Shown here piece after piece: positions 53,153 to 64,000 of a stretch of 64,000 nucleotides of DNA. The translations under genes and the position numbers were made by a program. Positions within the stretch are counted from its first letter, which is position 1; the number at the start of each line of letters is the position of its first letter. Source of the DNA: Dipteris shenzhenensis (taxonomy: Eukaryota). A model generated the notes under the pieces. That model was not told the DNA's origin. It was given only the letters and a program-made list of their open reading frames with translations, and made no database searches. The stretch lies in the NCBI GenBank assembly GCA_047967505.1, contig CM106538.1. One strand, 5' to 3'.

Positions 53153-55609
53153 TTACATTTGGGGCTCTCTTAGGACCCAACGCCTCCCCTGTCTGACTCT
53201 ACTTTGCAACCAAAGCACAACCCCTTGGCTCCCTGTTGAGGACTTCCAAGTAGCACATCTCCTTGTCTTCTTGAGATGTTGAACCGCTTTTGCGAGACTT
53301 GAGACCTCTACCTTATCGCGCTTGAGAGTCCTAGTCTCAAGACATCTATAAAACCAATCGAACATTCGTGTAGTGCATTGCTTCATGCGATACCACCCCC
53401 ATGCCTTGTATTCTTGAAGTATGCTGCCTTTGCTCTGTAGTGTGATTTCTCCATTCCTTGAGTATTCCACATGGACAGAGTGCCCCATTGCTCCACAAAC
53501 CATGGTGCATGTGCGTAAAGAATATACTGTAAACAAAAACATTGTATTAGAAACAGAAACTGACTCAAGTTTAAAGCACAAATTTCAACCTAAGGAGGAT
53601 TACCATGTAATGTGTAATATGTGACTCCCCCCATGCTTCTACCATCAATGATATGAATTCTCCCAATGCTGTCCTGAATCTCTCATAATAAAGCTCATCT
53701 GTTTGACCTTGTCTAAGCAACTTTATAAATGCATCAAGCTTTGTCCACAGTTTTGCTCTCAAAGTAGCAATTCGCGGATGTGAAGCTTGATTTGTAGTGC
53801 ACTCACACAAAGCTTTCCAATACTCCCAATCTAGGGTGCTTTGAGCCAATGTATGTTTTTCTTTATCAGCATTGTGGTTGGACAAGAACCTCCTTGCCTT
53901 TCCTCCACCCATGGACACTTTAGAGGAAGATTTTGTCTTTCCTGATTGTTTCTTGTCCTGCTTAAGCTTTACATTGCCTCTGTGAAGTTCCATTAGTGAG
54001 AGTAGTTCTTCAGCTTTTGCAATGCATTGTGCAGATACTTGCTGTGGCCTCAAATTCCAAGCATAAACTAGATGGAGATAGAGTAACTTATCAAGTATAC
54101 GCAGTTCAGCATGCAAAGTACACACGTGTACCCGCTCCAATGGAATTGGTAGAATGGGGTCCCACTTAGGATCCTTTTTGTGATGATCAGGGGCTGCACT
54201 TTGGTTGCAAGAAAGGATGCCATTTTCCCACTGTAGGCTTCCCCAATGAAAGAGAAATACAGTAAGGATATAGAAATGAGAAGAAATAAAGTTGCAATGA
54301 AGAGGGGATTTCTCTTACCTTCTTCTCTCATCCCATAGAATTTGACCATGGCTCTTTGCAAATTCTCTACATCCACGTAAACATTATTAAAAGCATTCAT
54401 CTCAAACGTTTGGATACCAGATTTCTTTTTACTCTTCCAAGTCATTGTGCCACTTACACAATGGTATCCTCTAAGCTTTTCTCTAGCACATTGGTTTGTT
54501 TCTTGATGTGCAAGCCTTACAGACCACGGTGTTGGAAATGGCATTGTAGATATCTTATACTTTTCCTCCATAGCAGACTTGAAAATTTTAAAAACAAAGT
54601 TGTAAGCTTCACGACTTACACCAGCAGCATCACAAGATCCAAGCACCTCCTTTGCTTGCACGAGGCCCTTGAAATCCTTCATTACCTCTCTAGCAACTTG
54701 TTTACGTCGCCCTTTTTGTCTAGGGTCCTTCAACACTTCCATGACATCACTTGGCTTTATTAAACTTCTTAGAACATATGAAGGATCACTATCATCCATT
54801 TCCATTGTTCCCATCGCATCCTCCATGAAATTCCTAAAGTAGAGTACAAATGAGTCTTAGTGGAAAGAATGCAACACCACAAATATTTTCGAGTAAGAAA
54901 TTTCATTGAAAATTTGGGGAACTAACCTTGCATCTCGTATTCTCCTCTTTCGGGCACCACTATTGGTTGACAATGCATCCATAGATTGTAATTGTCTTTT
55001 CCTCTCTTTCAGTCCCAAAGGTGTTCCCTTCAACTTTTGTACTCGTTCTATTGACTTCTCTCGTTCATTCTCCACAGCACATTGAACTTGGCCATAGATA
55101 GACCTTTCCAAATCTTGTTTGCTTTCAGCGAGCTCCTGGATTGATTCTTCCAATTCATGTCGCTCCAAGTCCAGTGGATGTGCTTTGTCACTGAGTTCTT
55201 TGTTTTGCAATTGGAGATCCTGCATACTATTATGCATTGCCACAATAGTAATATTTCCCAAATGTGCAAGTTCTTCTGCTTGGGCTCTCTGCACCTCGCT
55301 TGCTTGCATAGCCAATGTCTGAGAATGGTTCAATCGATTGCAATAACCGAGCAATCTAGCATGTCCCTTGCCAACAAACCGAACAACATCATGCACTATA
55401 TGAAAAGGAGGACTCTTTTGAGTGGCAGGGTATAAAGGTTACAAGTTTCCATCCACCCAATGGTCAAGATGCTTCTTTCCTTGCAATCGAAGACTGTGGA
55501 GCACACTTTGAGGAGTTCCACTATATCCCAAAGAGCGTGTGCTTGCATATTCTACCTCCAGTTGTAGGTTCACATGGTACTTGTTGGATATGTCCTCGAA
55601 AGGTGCCAT
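53153..55609 (-). pseudogene. RAG1/Transib-like (CMC-related) DDE transposase; multi-exon, internally deleted
   Basis: Exons 55609-54927, 54833-54319, ~54230-53604 and 53526-53153. Introns 1 and 3 are frame-preserving GT-AG. Motifs in order: PIPLERVHVCTLHAELR, SMGGGKARRFL, HITHYM|YILYAH, GTLSMWNTQGMEKSH (RAG1: DALH, MNGNFARKL, ITNYFHKTLAH, GSIGAWASEGNESGN). N-terminal coiled coil. Confidence 0.78.
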
Positions 55610-55659
55610 GAGTACTCAAAGAGAGGTATCAATGATGCAGGCTAAAATGTAGGGAAGAG

Positions 55660-56262
55660 CTGGCAAAGATGGAGTAGTGAGAGGGAGAGAGTAGCAAGGA
55701 AGAGGGAGGAGGAGAAGCATATGAGGGAAAGAGGAAGAGGAGGAGGAGAGTAGAGCGACAAGTTTAGAAGGGAGGGAAGGAGCTGCTGTAGAAGGGAGGA
55801 GGAGGGGAGAGATGCTACAGGAGGGAGGAGGAGGGGAGAGATTTTGCAGGAGGGAGGAACAGAGGAGAGGGAGCTTGGGCATCTGGAGAAGGAGGGAAGA
55901 GGAAGGAGGGAGGAGGAGCCAGGAGGAGGAGGAGGAGGAGGGGAGAGGGAGGAGGGAGGAGGAGGAGCAAGACGGACGAGGGGAGAGATGCTATAGGAGG
56001 GAGGAGGAGGGGAGAGATTCTGCAGGAGGGAGGAGCAGAGGAGAGGGAGCCTGGGCGGCTGGAGAAGGAGGGGAGAGGAAGGAGGGAGGACGAGCCAGGA
56101 GGAGGAGGAGGAGGGGAGAGGGAGGAGCGAGGAGGAGGAGCGAGACGGAGGAGGGGAGAGGAGGAGAGAGGGGGAGGGAGGGAGAGGGAGAGGGAGGGAG
56201 GGAGGGAGGGAGGGAAGGAGAGAGAGGGAGGGAGGGAGGGAGAGAGAGAGACAGAGAGGGCG
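55660..56262. repeat. GA-rich low-complexity tract upstream of the transposase
   Basis: Directly visible, with an internal ~180-bp duplication. Confidence 0.9.
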
Positions 56263-56741
56263 GGAGATTCAAAATTTGAAATTCAAATTTTAAAAAGTGG
56301 CCCCCTCCCCTCATTCATGGGGGAAGAGGTGGGCTCAAATGTGGGCTTAACCCACCTAGGTTGGGCTGGTTAGGCCTCTTTGGGACCCTTCAAGCCCCTT
56401 GCATTAGCCCACTAAGCATTCCCTAATCCATTCCTTATGAGGCCCTTTTGAGACCCCAATTCTCCCCTAATGTAGAAGTGATTCCCATTGCGGCGCTCAT
56501 AAGAGCAATCGTGTTGTTTGAGTAATTATGACTTAACATTTAGCTTCTACAAGTGTTATTGTAAGAACTTGTGCCAAGTATTGGATTCTGAAAAATCTTC
56601 CCAGATGTTGTTAAACTCAAACTCTTGATTGAAACTTGGAAGCTCTTCGTATTCCATGTCTAATGTTGTTGAAGTCGCCGATAGTGGCATATCAAAGGTA
56701 TCTAGCTTTTGAATCGAAATATCATCTATCCACGATTCTTG

Positions 56742-59016
56742 ATGGTTAACTACAATGCTCTCTGCAAGAGGCTTACATGACATAAATTTGATTACTATGA
56801 AGGCTTATTTAAAATGTTATTGTTAATGGTGTGCACTCTCGAGGCTTATCCCATCTCATGAAGATGCTCTTGGAGACTTACCTTAACTCAAGGTAATTCT
56901 CATAGTTGTAGTGTATCCAAACTGATACTAATGGTGCTCTTTGATACAGGCTTACCCAAACACTTTGATTGCTTGTCCATTAAGATGTAGTGCTCACATT
57001 GATTGAGGCTCAACTTATTCAAGAAAAAGGACTGAGTCATTGATTCAATGCTAGAAGGCTTACTTCTACATATGATGATTACATCATGTTTTAAAAAAAT
57101 CTCATGTTTTAGTTGATTCCACTAGACATAAGATTGGACTAAATGCCATAAATTTTTTTGGTTGATGATTGCCACTTGTTGATGAGATGGTGGATTAAAG
57201 CTGCCAAAAAGGTTATTTTTTGTTGTTGAAATCTCCCCCATTTTATTTGATAATTATTTAATGTGGAAAACATAAAGAACCTTTGATTTATCAAATAAAT
57301 GTGCTTGATAAATGCAACGTATTTAGAACAATGAATATCACCACTTTGGTAATTATAATTTTCCTTCAATTTTGAAAGGTTGTGTGTTAAATAAGAGATG
57401 GAATTTTGCTCTCAATAGAAAACAAGACTAATGATAGTTTGGTTTTACACTTATTTTCTTCAAATTTAGATGGACTTGCAATGTCATCGAAACTAGTGTT
57501 ATTTACTAGAAAAATCATTGATTTGAACTTGAATTACAATACCTGTTGATGCAGATCATGTGCTCTTTCAAGTTTAAACTGCTTGATTAAGACTTGCCTA
57601 CAATGACGGTCCATTTTTGCTTGTGCTAATTTGCACAATGCGAATGAGATTTGCAAAATTTTGCAAGAATTCTAGAATAATTCGCATTTACATAACCTTT
57701 ATCCTCTAAAATACTTCACATTGACATATTGTTTTATCTTATAAACATTTGGAAAAGCTTGCAATTAATCGATATAATAAGACCATGTTGTGAGCATTTT
57801 GTTGCATAATGTGCTTATATGATAAGACCCTAAAATGAAGGACAAAAATACATTCAATAAACTGAAATTTTTATGAAAATTATGTTTTTCTATATGTGAA
57901 GGATGCCTCTAAAGACTTTTTCTAAAATCTGCTTCAAATTTACCAAGATGTGATCAAAGTACCAAAAATGGTGTCTAGAAATGCATTAGCAAAATTCAAA
58001 GCTCATTTTGGGGCCCTAAGAGAAATCACCATGTTGTTTTCTTTGCTTCAAAAATAAATTATATAAAAAAGCAAATTGACAAGGTAGATGTTTTAAGTAG
58101 GCGTGCCACTTAATTCTTTGAAAATTCGATGCACGATTTGATGTTTTTGACATCACCGACACGTCCTGAGCAGGCCAAACCCCCACAACTAGCTTTTGAA
58201 ATGCTGAGAATGGTGTCTAAATCGCATTCTACTATACATTCTTTTTCCGAGCCTTTTTTTGGCTTTTTTGGGCCTCCGGGTGTCCATTCTTAGCGTTTCA
58301 AAAGCCACTTTGGGGGTTTTTGCGTGCTCCAGAGGCACCAGCGATAACTTAAAAATCAAATTCTGCACCAAAAAATCATGTACATCAAATATAATAAATG
58401 GAAACGATATCCCTATTGAATGTAAGCTTGATTTTTTCCCTCCTTTTGATGATTTTTTTCTACGTTACGTAGGCTTATGATTTTTTTCTACGTTATGTAG
58501 GCCCTCCTCTGATTGGTAGAGGGCTATTTTTCTTATGGGCTAAAAGGCCCCAAAATGAGCTCTCAAGTTTCCTAATAAGAGTTATACTTTTCTAAACGAT
58601 GCCAGAATAATGCAAAATATATTTACATGAGCAACATTGTGTTTGTTTTTTAATGTGTTAATGAAGATTGCATAGAATTTCAACCAAAATTGACCAAGAT
58701 ATGGCCTAATAGCTAAAAGTACCTTCTTGATTCGTGCACAGATTTCTATGAATACCAATGCCCATATGGCCTCCAATTTTTTTAATAACATGTACTCTAT
58801 GTGTATCATGCAAAGATGTAATGTGCAAGTAAGTATGAGGAACAAGGAGATAAGATGCTAAATTCACTTTTAGCTTGTGGACTTAACTATGATGTGTAAT
58901 TGTGACAACCTAGGGACACTAGTAGTGGAATGGAGATGAGGTTTGTTGCTACCCTTAGCGCCTTGTAAAATAAACATTTAGAGGCTAAGTGGGGGTAGGG
59001 TATTTTATTACAAAAA
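56742..59016 (+). repeat. Long direct repeat, right copy (~2.27 kb); contains palindromic module copy 3 (57999-58562)
   Basis: Matches 47148-49206 plus an extra ~235 bp at ~57661-57895. Confidence 0.92.
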
Positions 59017-61150
59017 CAGTTCACTCATCTTTAGTGTTGAGAAAGGGACATCTTAGTCTCCCTTTCATAGGAATGGCATTTTTTGGTCAAAAAGTTTTAA
59101 GCATAGTACTACATGAATTCAAAAGTAAGATTCAACAATAAATTAATTTGTAAAAAGTAAGATTCTACTTTTTGTCTACACCTTTTGTTCTTTGTTATAC
59201 TTCTCCCACACATTTTTTGTCCCTAAGCGTATAACATCTTTCCACATGCAACTTTTTTTATAAGGTTTTCGTTTGGCATAAACCCATGTGTCAAGCTTAA
59301 AGATTTGTAACACCCAAAAGGAAAAAAATTACATTGCTAAACAAATGGTAGACATGCATTTTTGGCTATGTTTGTCCAATCTTCATTTTCATTGTCTATT
59401 TAATACCATTATCTTGATCATGGAATGCAAGAACATGCATGAGGAAATATGTAGCTTCTCTTGTGGTATTGAATTGATCATGAAATGCAAGAACATGCAT
59501 GAGGAAATATGTAGCTTTTCTTGTGATGCATCTAATTTTTCACATATTTGTGTTGACGAACCAAACCTTAAGACATCATATTTGAATCTTTCATGTGCTG
59601 GGAGCATCATAAACATCCACGATGCCTTTTCCCAAAGCCAAGTATGATCTTGATGTCAAAAATTATTCTTCATTCTCTAATGCCTTGAAACATGTAAAGA
59701 GTTTTTAACACCCAAGATTTATACTCGTAATTTTGCTTAGTTTTTCAATCTACATGTTTATTGTCTACTCAATATCATCGAATTGATCATGGAATGCAAG
59801 AATATGCGTTGAGGAAACATGTGATAATGCATCTTGTGCATTTCAAAATCCACATGTTTGTGTTGATGAAGTGGAACCTTGAGACATCTTGACTTTTTAA
59901 CGGTAGGGCCTCTTTCATGATACGACTACCATAAATTTTGATATTTGATTTTCAACGACCTTGATCAAGTATTTCTTTATTTATTATTCCTTAGTTTTTA
60001 GGTTTTGCCCTTTACCCTTTATTATTAAACAAATGACAACTTCTATTAAATCTAAGAAAGTTTAAGTGGACCATTTCAATAGAAAAAGGGGGGGAACCAC
60101 TTGAAGACATGCAAATACTAGACATGAAATAATACTCGAACAAATCTAATCTAACATCTTTGTAGCATTCCATCCCTAATGCAAGATCATCTTTTTCTTC
60201 AAGCTAATAATCATATCCTACACCTTCAATCCTCCCAATTACAAAATTACGCTAATTAAATGATGTATTGTCCTTTTAAATGGGACATTGAACCCACCAA
60301 ACACCACCACTTTGAATTGTTGTCATTCTATAATAGACAACAAAATGAATCAAATTTCTGCAATTTGGGTTATTAAGAAGGGCATCATCATGCGATACAT
60401 CAGGACGAAAGAACATAGCAAAGATGCCAAAATTGAAGAGAACGGATGCAAATCAAAGGACTCACAGACCAAGGGGAAAGAAACCAGATACTACCGAGAG
60501 AGGAGAAATCAGAACAGGTTCTTGGTTTAGATATACGCCACGTTCTTACAAAGAAAAGAAAATAAAATAAGGATATCTCATAAGCCGCGAAAATACTACG
60601 AGTATGAAAATCGGAACGATCCCATGTAGTTTCTCGACAAATTATTTGCCATATTTTACCAGAACAGTACTGCCCAAGTATGAAAATCCAAAACCTCAGC
60701 CCCAAGTATCTTGTTTTCTTGAAAAGCCCCCCCATTTGAAAGCCATCAAAAATTTCCGAAGACAAAACAAGAAGTGCTCGTCACAGCCAAAAAATACTGA
60801 AAACAGATTCTCTGTTTTAATATTTCAACTCTTACTAATGCCCCCGACGGGAACAAAATTCTTTTGACAAGGTGATCTAAGGCGACCCCCGACAAAACTT
60901 TGACGTGCACCCAGAAAAAGGAATTAGGCGACTATCCAAGCAGGCCGCCTTCAAAGCATATTAATAAACTCACTCTACTGAAGCAGTGAATTTGGTTGAA
61001 CATATAATTTGCCTGAACCTCTTAGAGCATTAATAAACTCTCTCATGGAGGAGTGCACTTGGTTGATCACATTTTTGAATCAAGAGGTTCAGGCAAAGAA
61101 CATATTCTCACAAAACATCAACCCAGTTCAAAAAGTCAGCCACAAGAAGC

Positions 61151-62386
61151 TTAATAGAGGCCCGGCAACAATTCTGAAAGAGACAGAAGTCGCTCGACCC
61201 CAGGCCTCGAACCTTGCGAGAGGTAACTGCTCTCCACTGCTGGCAAATCAAGAGCCTCCGAGGCTTGCTGCGAGTAGGCATCGAACTGACCGTTTTCAAG
61301 AGCAAAAGCATTTGGAACGTTCAAATCCATCTCTCCAATGGACGCCTCGCAACCCATCACGGGTGACAAGCCGTCCAACTCGTCTTTGTAATTCTGCTCA
61401 AAGATGCCCTCGTGAGACGTCGAGGTTGAAGTGTATGGGGCTTCCCTCGTCCTGCTAGCCATTTCCACACCAGTGGGCGAGCTCCGTTCCCATTGAAACC
61501 GTGTTTGAGCTGCCAAATCCTCCCAATACGTCTCCGGAATGTTTGTGGGAGGGCTCATACACCTCGAACCTTCGCCCAACAGCCCCAAAACCTCTTCTGG
61601 ATCGAAAAATTCGTAATCTTGCAAGTCCTCTGGATACGTGAATTGCTCTGCGAGCTGGCTGTCAGAAGGTATTTCCAAATCGAGATTCGTCAAAGCCAGT
61701 TGACGGTTGTCGGCCTCGTTAACCTCGCGCTTCACAGCCGATAGTCCATCCGACGCTGTTCGATAATCCACAGATTCAGGCATCCATAAAGCAACGGACG
61801 GTTTGATATCATCGAGCTCGTCCGCATCAGGCTGTCGGCTGACTTCGTCTGAGACATCCGGGATAGGCTGCGTATCTGACGGAGCTGATACGTCTGTTTC
61901 TTCATCTTTACCGCTCGTTATACAAGAAGAAGAAGGATCGGAGCAACATAGGCTTTCGTCGTCATAGCAAGAGGAAGGAAGGGGGAGTATCCTACAATCC
62001 GTCACTTCCGGCAGATTGAGCCTTGCACCAGGGCCATAAAGGATTCTCGCAGCTTGGTCGTAAGCAAGCGCGGCTTCCCTGGCTGTAGCAAACGTTCCCA
62101 GCCAAAGCCTTTCACCCCTGTTCGGCTCCCTGATCTCAGATACCCATTTCCCCCACGTCCTTTGCCTGACTCCCCTGAAGTTGCAATGGGCGTTCTCCGG
62201 TCCACCTTTCCCTTTCATGCAGCCTTTCTTCGAGCCTTTAGCCGGAGCTTTCCTAACCCTGTGCAATTGACCCTCTTCCATGTAAATCTTCCGATTCTGC
62301 TCCGCCCACCAGGCCAAAATCTCGGGGACGCTGGAGCAACCGTGGGGTCGAGGCCGGGTAACTTTTCTCCTCCTGCGCATGATCAT
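61151..62386 (-). CDS. DREB2: DREB2-type (group IV/A-2) AP2/ERF transcription factor, 411 aa
   Basis: [21 protein letters not shown] (CMIV-1) followed by AP2 domain [44 protein letters not shown]. Then a Ser-rich segment, [10 protein letters not shown] and an acidic C-terminus. Open frame; first ATG at 62386. Confidence 0.95.
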   Translation of the reverse strand: MIMRRRRKVTRPRPHGCSSVPEILAWWAEQNRKIYMEEGQLHRVRKAPAKGSKKGCMKGKGGPENAHCNFRGVRQRTWGKWVSEIREPNRGERLWLGTFATAREAALAYDQAARILYGPGARLNLPEVTDCRILPLPSSCYDDESLCCSDPSSSCITSGKDEETDVSAPSDTQPIPDVSDEVSRQPDADELDDIKPSVALWMPESVDYRTASDGLSAVKREVNEADNRQLALTNLDLEIPSDSQLAEQFTYPEDLQDYEFFDPEEVLGLLGEGSRCMSPPTNIPETYWEDLAAQTRFQWERSSPTGVEMASRTREAPYTSTSTSHEGIFEQNYKDELDGLSPVMGCEASIGEMDLNVPNAFALENGQFDAYSQQASEALDLPAVESSYLSQGSRPGVERLLSLSELLPGLY

Positions 62387-62587
62387 GGCGCCAGGTTGGG
62401 AATTCCCAGGCGTGGAAGGGTGGGCGAAGGCGCAAGCGAAAGGAGCCAGGAATGGAGGGACGGACCCTGTTGGAGAGGGAAGCAAAATAGAAACAAGGGA
62501 GGAAGCGAGGATAAGCCGGAAAGAGGAAGAATTGAGAAGCGATAAGAAAGCGAGAGAGAGAGAGAGGGGGGGGGGGGGGGGGGGGGA

Positions 62588-62930
62588 ATTTATAAGTATG
62601 GATGGATGGGAGGGGGTGAGGTAAGCGCTAGGGAGCGTGGAGGGAAAGCGTAATAGGTGTGTGTGGCCGGAAGGGCTACTAGAATGAATGAATGATATAT
62701 AGGCGAGTGCAAAAAAAGAAGAAACATCTGGAATCTTTGGGCGACGCCTGTCATTAACGGGAATGACTAGCTAGCTCCTGCACACGTGTACACACACACA
62801 CACATAATACATGAATATTGAATGCGATGTTACCCGCGAAGCTTCCCCTTCTCTCCCGCGTCGCGATAAACCCCTCCCTCACCCTCAAGAGTCACCCCAC
62901 GCTCACCCTCAAGAGTCACCCCACGCGTCA
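62588..62930 (-). promoter_or_regulatory. DREB2 proximal promoter: TATA, HSE-like, G-box/ABRE and CGCG motifs
   Basis: TATAAAT 62594-62588; GAAacATCtgGAAtcTTT 62721-62738; CACGTG 62783-62788; GAAgcTTC ~62838; CCGCG/ACGCGT at ~62834, 62856 and 62923. Confidence 0.5.
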
Positions 62931-63314
62931 TCGCCCCCTCACGCCCCACTTCCCTCGCTTTCCGCACACATTATTCTTAGACTGTTTTCAACAACAAGAC
63001 CCTCTCTCCCATCATCGTATCATATCAAACCGCTCGCGACCCTCGCAGGGTATTTTAGAATGTATGCATGCGCCAACCACCACTTCTCATAATGCACCCC
63101 CATCCACCCGCTTCCCCCTCTAATCCACAATTGTTTGCAACATTGTGCCAACTTAAAATGAGACACCTTTTTGAAATCCACAAAACACTTCTCGTGTCCA
63201 ATTTTGCTAGGTCTATCTATGCCCATAGACTACAAGAAACTACCCATCATTAGTGGATTGGCCAAAGGTCCCCTTCAAGGAGAGCAAAGTGAGTTTTCTT
63301 CGGTTACATACCGT

Positions 63315-63468
63315 TGGATTTGGCTACTTCAATAATAAAAGGTCTAGCAAATTTCAACTCAAATAGATGGATTTGGCTACTTCAATAATAAAAGGTCTAG
63401 CAAATTTCAACTCAAACAGAAACTCGGTTACTTCAATAGTAAAAGGTCTAGCACATTTCGCCTCAAAC
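63315..63468. repeat. ~52-bp tandem repeat (2 copies plus a partial third)
   Basis: TGGATTTGGCTACTTCAATAATAAAAGGTCTAGCAAATTTCAACTCAAA repeated. Confidence 0.9.
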
Positions 63469-64000
63469 ACAAATTTAGTTTCCACCCCTACTACCACCAT
63501 CTACCTATTCAAGGACAATGTTCAAAAACCAAACCCCAAGTCTATTCCAACATTAAGGGCCACAAGGTTAACATCATTATAAGTTCAAGTTTCAACATAT
63601 TACTAACGTTCCACCTTACATGATCTAGCTTACAACAATTTGAATGCATTACAAAAGGGAATTAATGAGGAATCACCAAAAGACAATCCCCTCATTGTGA
63701 GGGGATTGTCTATTTTAATTCATTCAAAAAGGGAACTAATGAGGAATCGCCAAGACACAAAAAGACAACACCCCCCCCAAAAAAACGCCTCCCCAGCACA
63801 CATATTGCACATTTCCAATGTATTGGGTACATGGAAATGTACTCTTAGCTTTGTCGGTAGAGCAACCTCCCCATGCTACAAAGAGTTGCTCTTTTTCACA
63901 TGTCCTAAGATTGTAGCCATCGTGCCTATTCCCAAAGTTTTATAAGCATCCACAAGGTCTATTGGAGCAGATTTTAGTGTGGAAAAAGGAGTGGGAGGTG

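Larger units (their letters stand above)
49219..56456. mobile_element. Decayed three-gene DNA transposon cassette: BAH-domain gene (+), long-tailed histone H3-like gene (-), RAG1/Transib-like transposase (-)
   Basis: Three compact genes (two spliced) share the same C-to-T decay. A 16-bp imperfect inverted repeat (14/16) lies at 49219-49234 and 56441-56456. Flanked by ~2.1-kb direct repeats. True termini and TSD unresolved. Confidence 0.7.

Noticed and set aside
47148-59016. LTR retrotransposon interpretation of the long direct repeats
   Set aside because: No TG..CA ends, PBS, PPT or gag/pol; the interior encodes a DNA transposase.

Overview
Transposon-rich land-plant genomic DNA. A fern or other non-seed vascular plant is plausible but cannot be proven from sequence alone. 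Two host genes look intact: a two-exon RING-CH (RINGv) membrane E3 ligase (~10.9-12.0 kb, -) and a DREB2-type AP2/ERF factor (~61.2-62.4 kb, -). The rest is nested mobile DNA: three Copia elements (one full length, 99% LTR identity, GCAAC TSD), L1 LINE remnants, CACTA ends with captured MRS2 exons, two Sola-like and one pogo/DDE_1 transposase remnants, a Helitron helicase fused to an AP-endonuclease (Helentron-like), an orphan kinase pseudogene, an AVT6 transporter fragment and a ~930-bp tandem array. The standout is a decayed ~7-kb three-gene cassette at ~49.2-56.5 kb, bracketed by ~2.1-kb direct repeats. It encodes (i) a spliced RAG1/Transib-like transposase, (ii) a divergent histone H3 with a very long N-tail carrying three H3-tail-like motifs, and (iii) a convergently oriented, spliced BAH-domain protein. 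This suggests a DNA transposon carrying its own histone variant and chromatin reader. All family assignments are from motif recognition by eye; no database searches were run.
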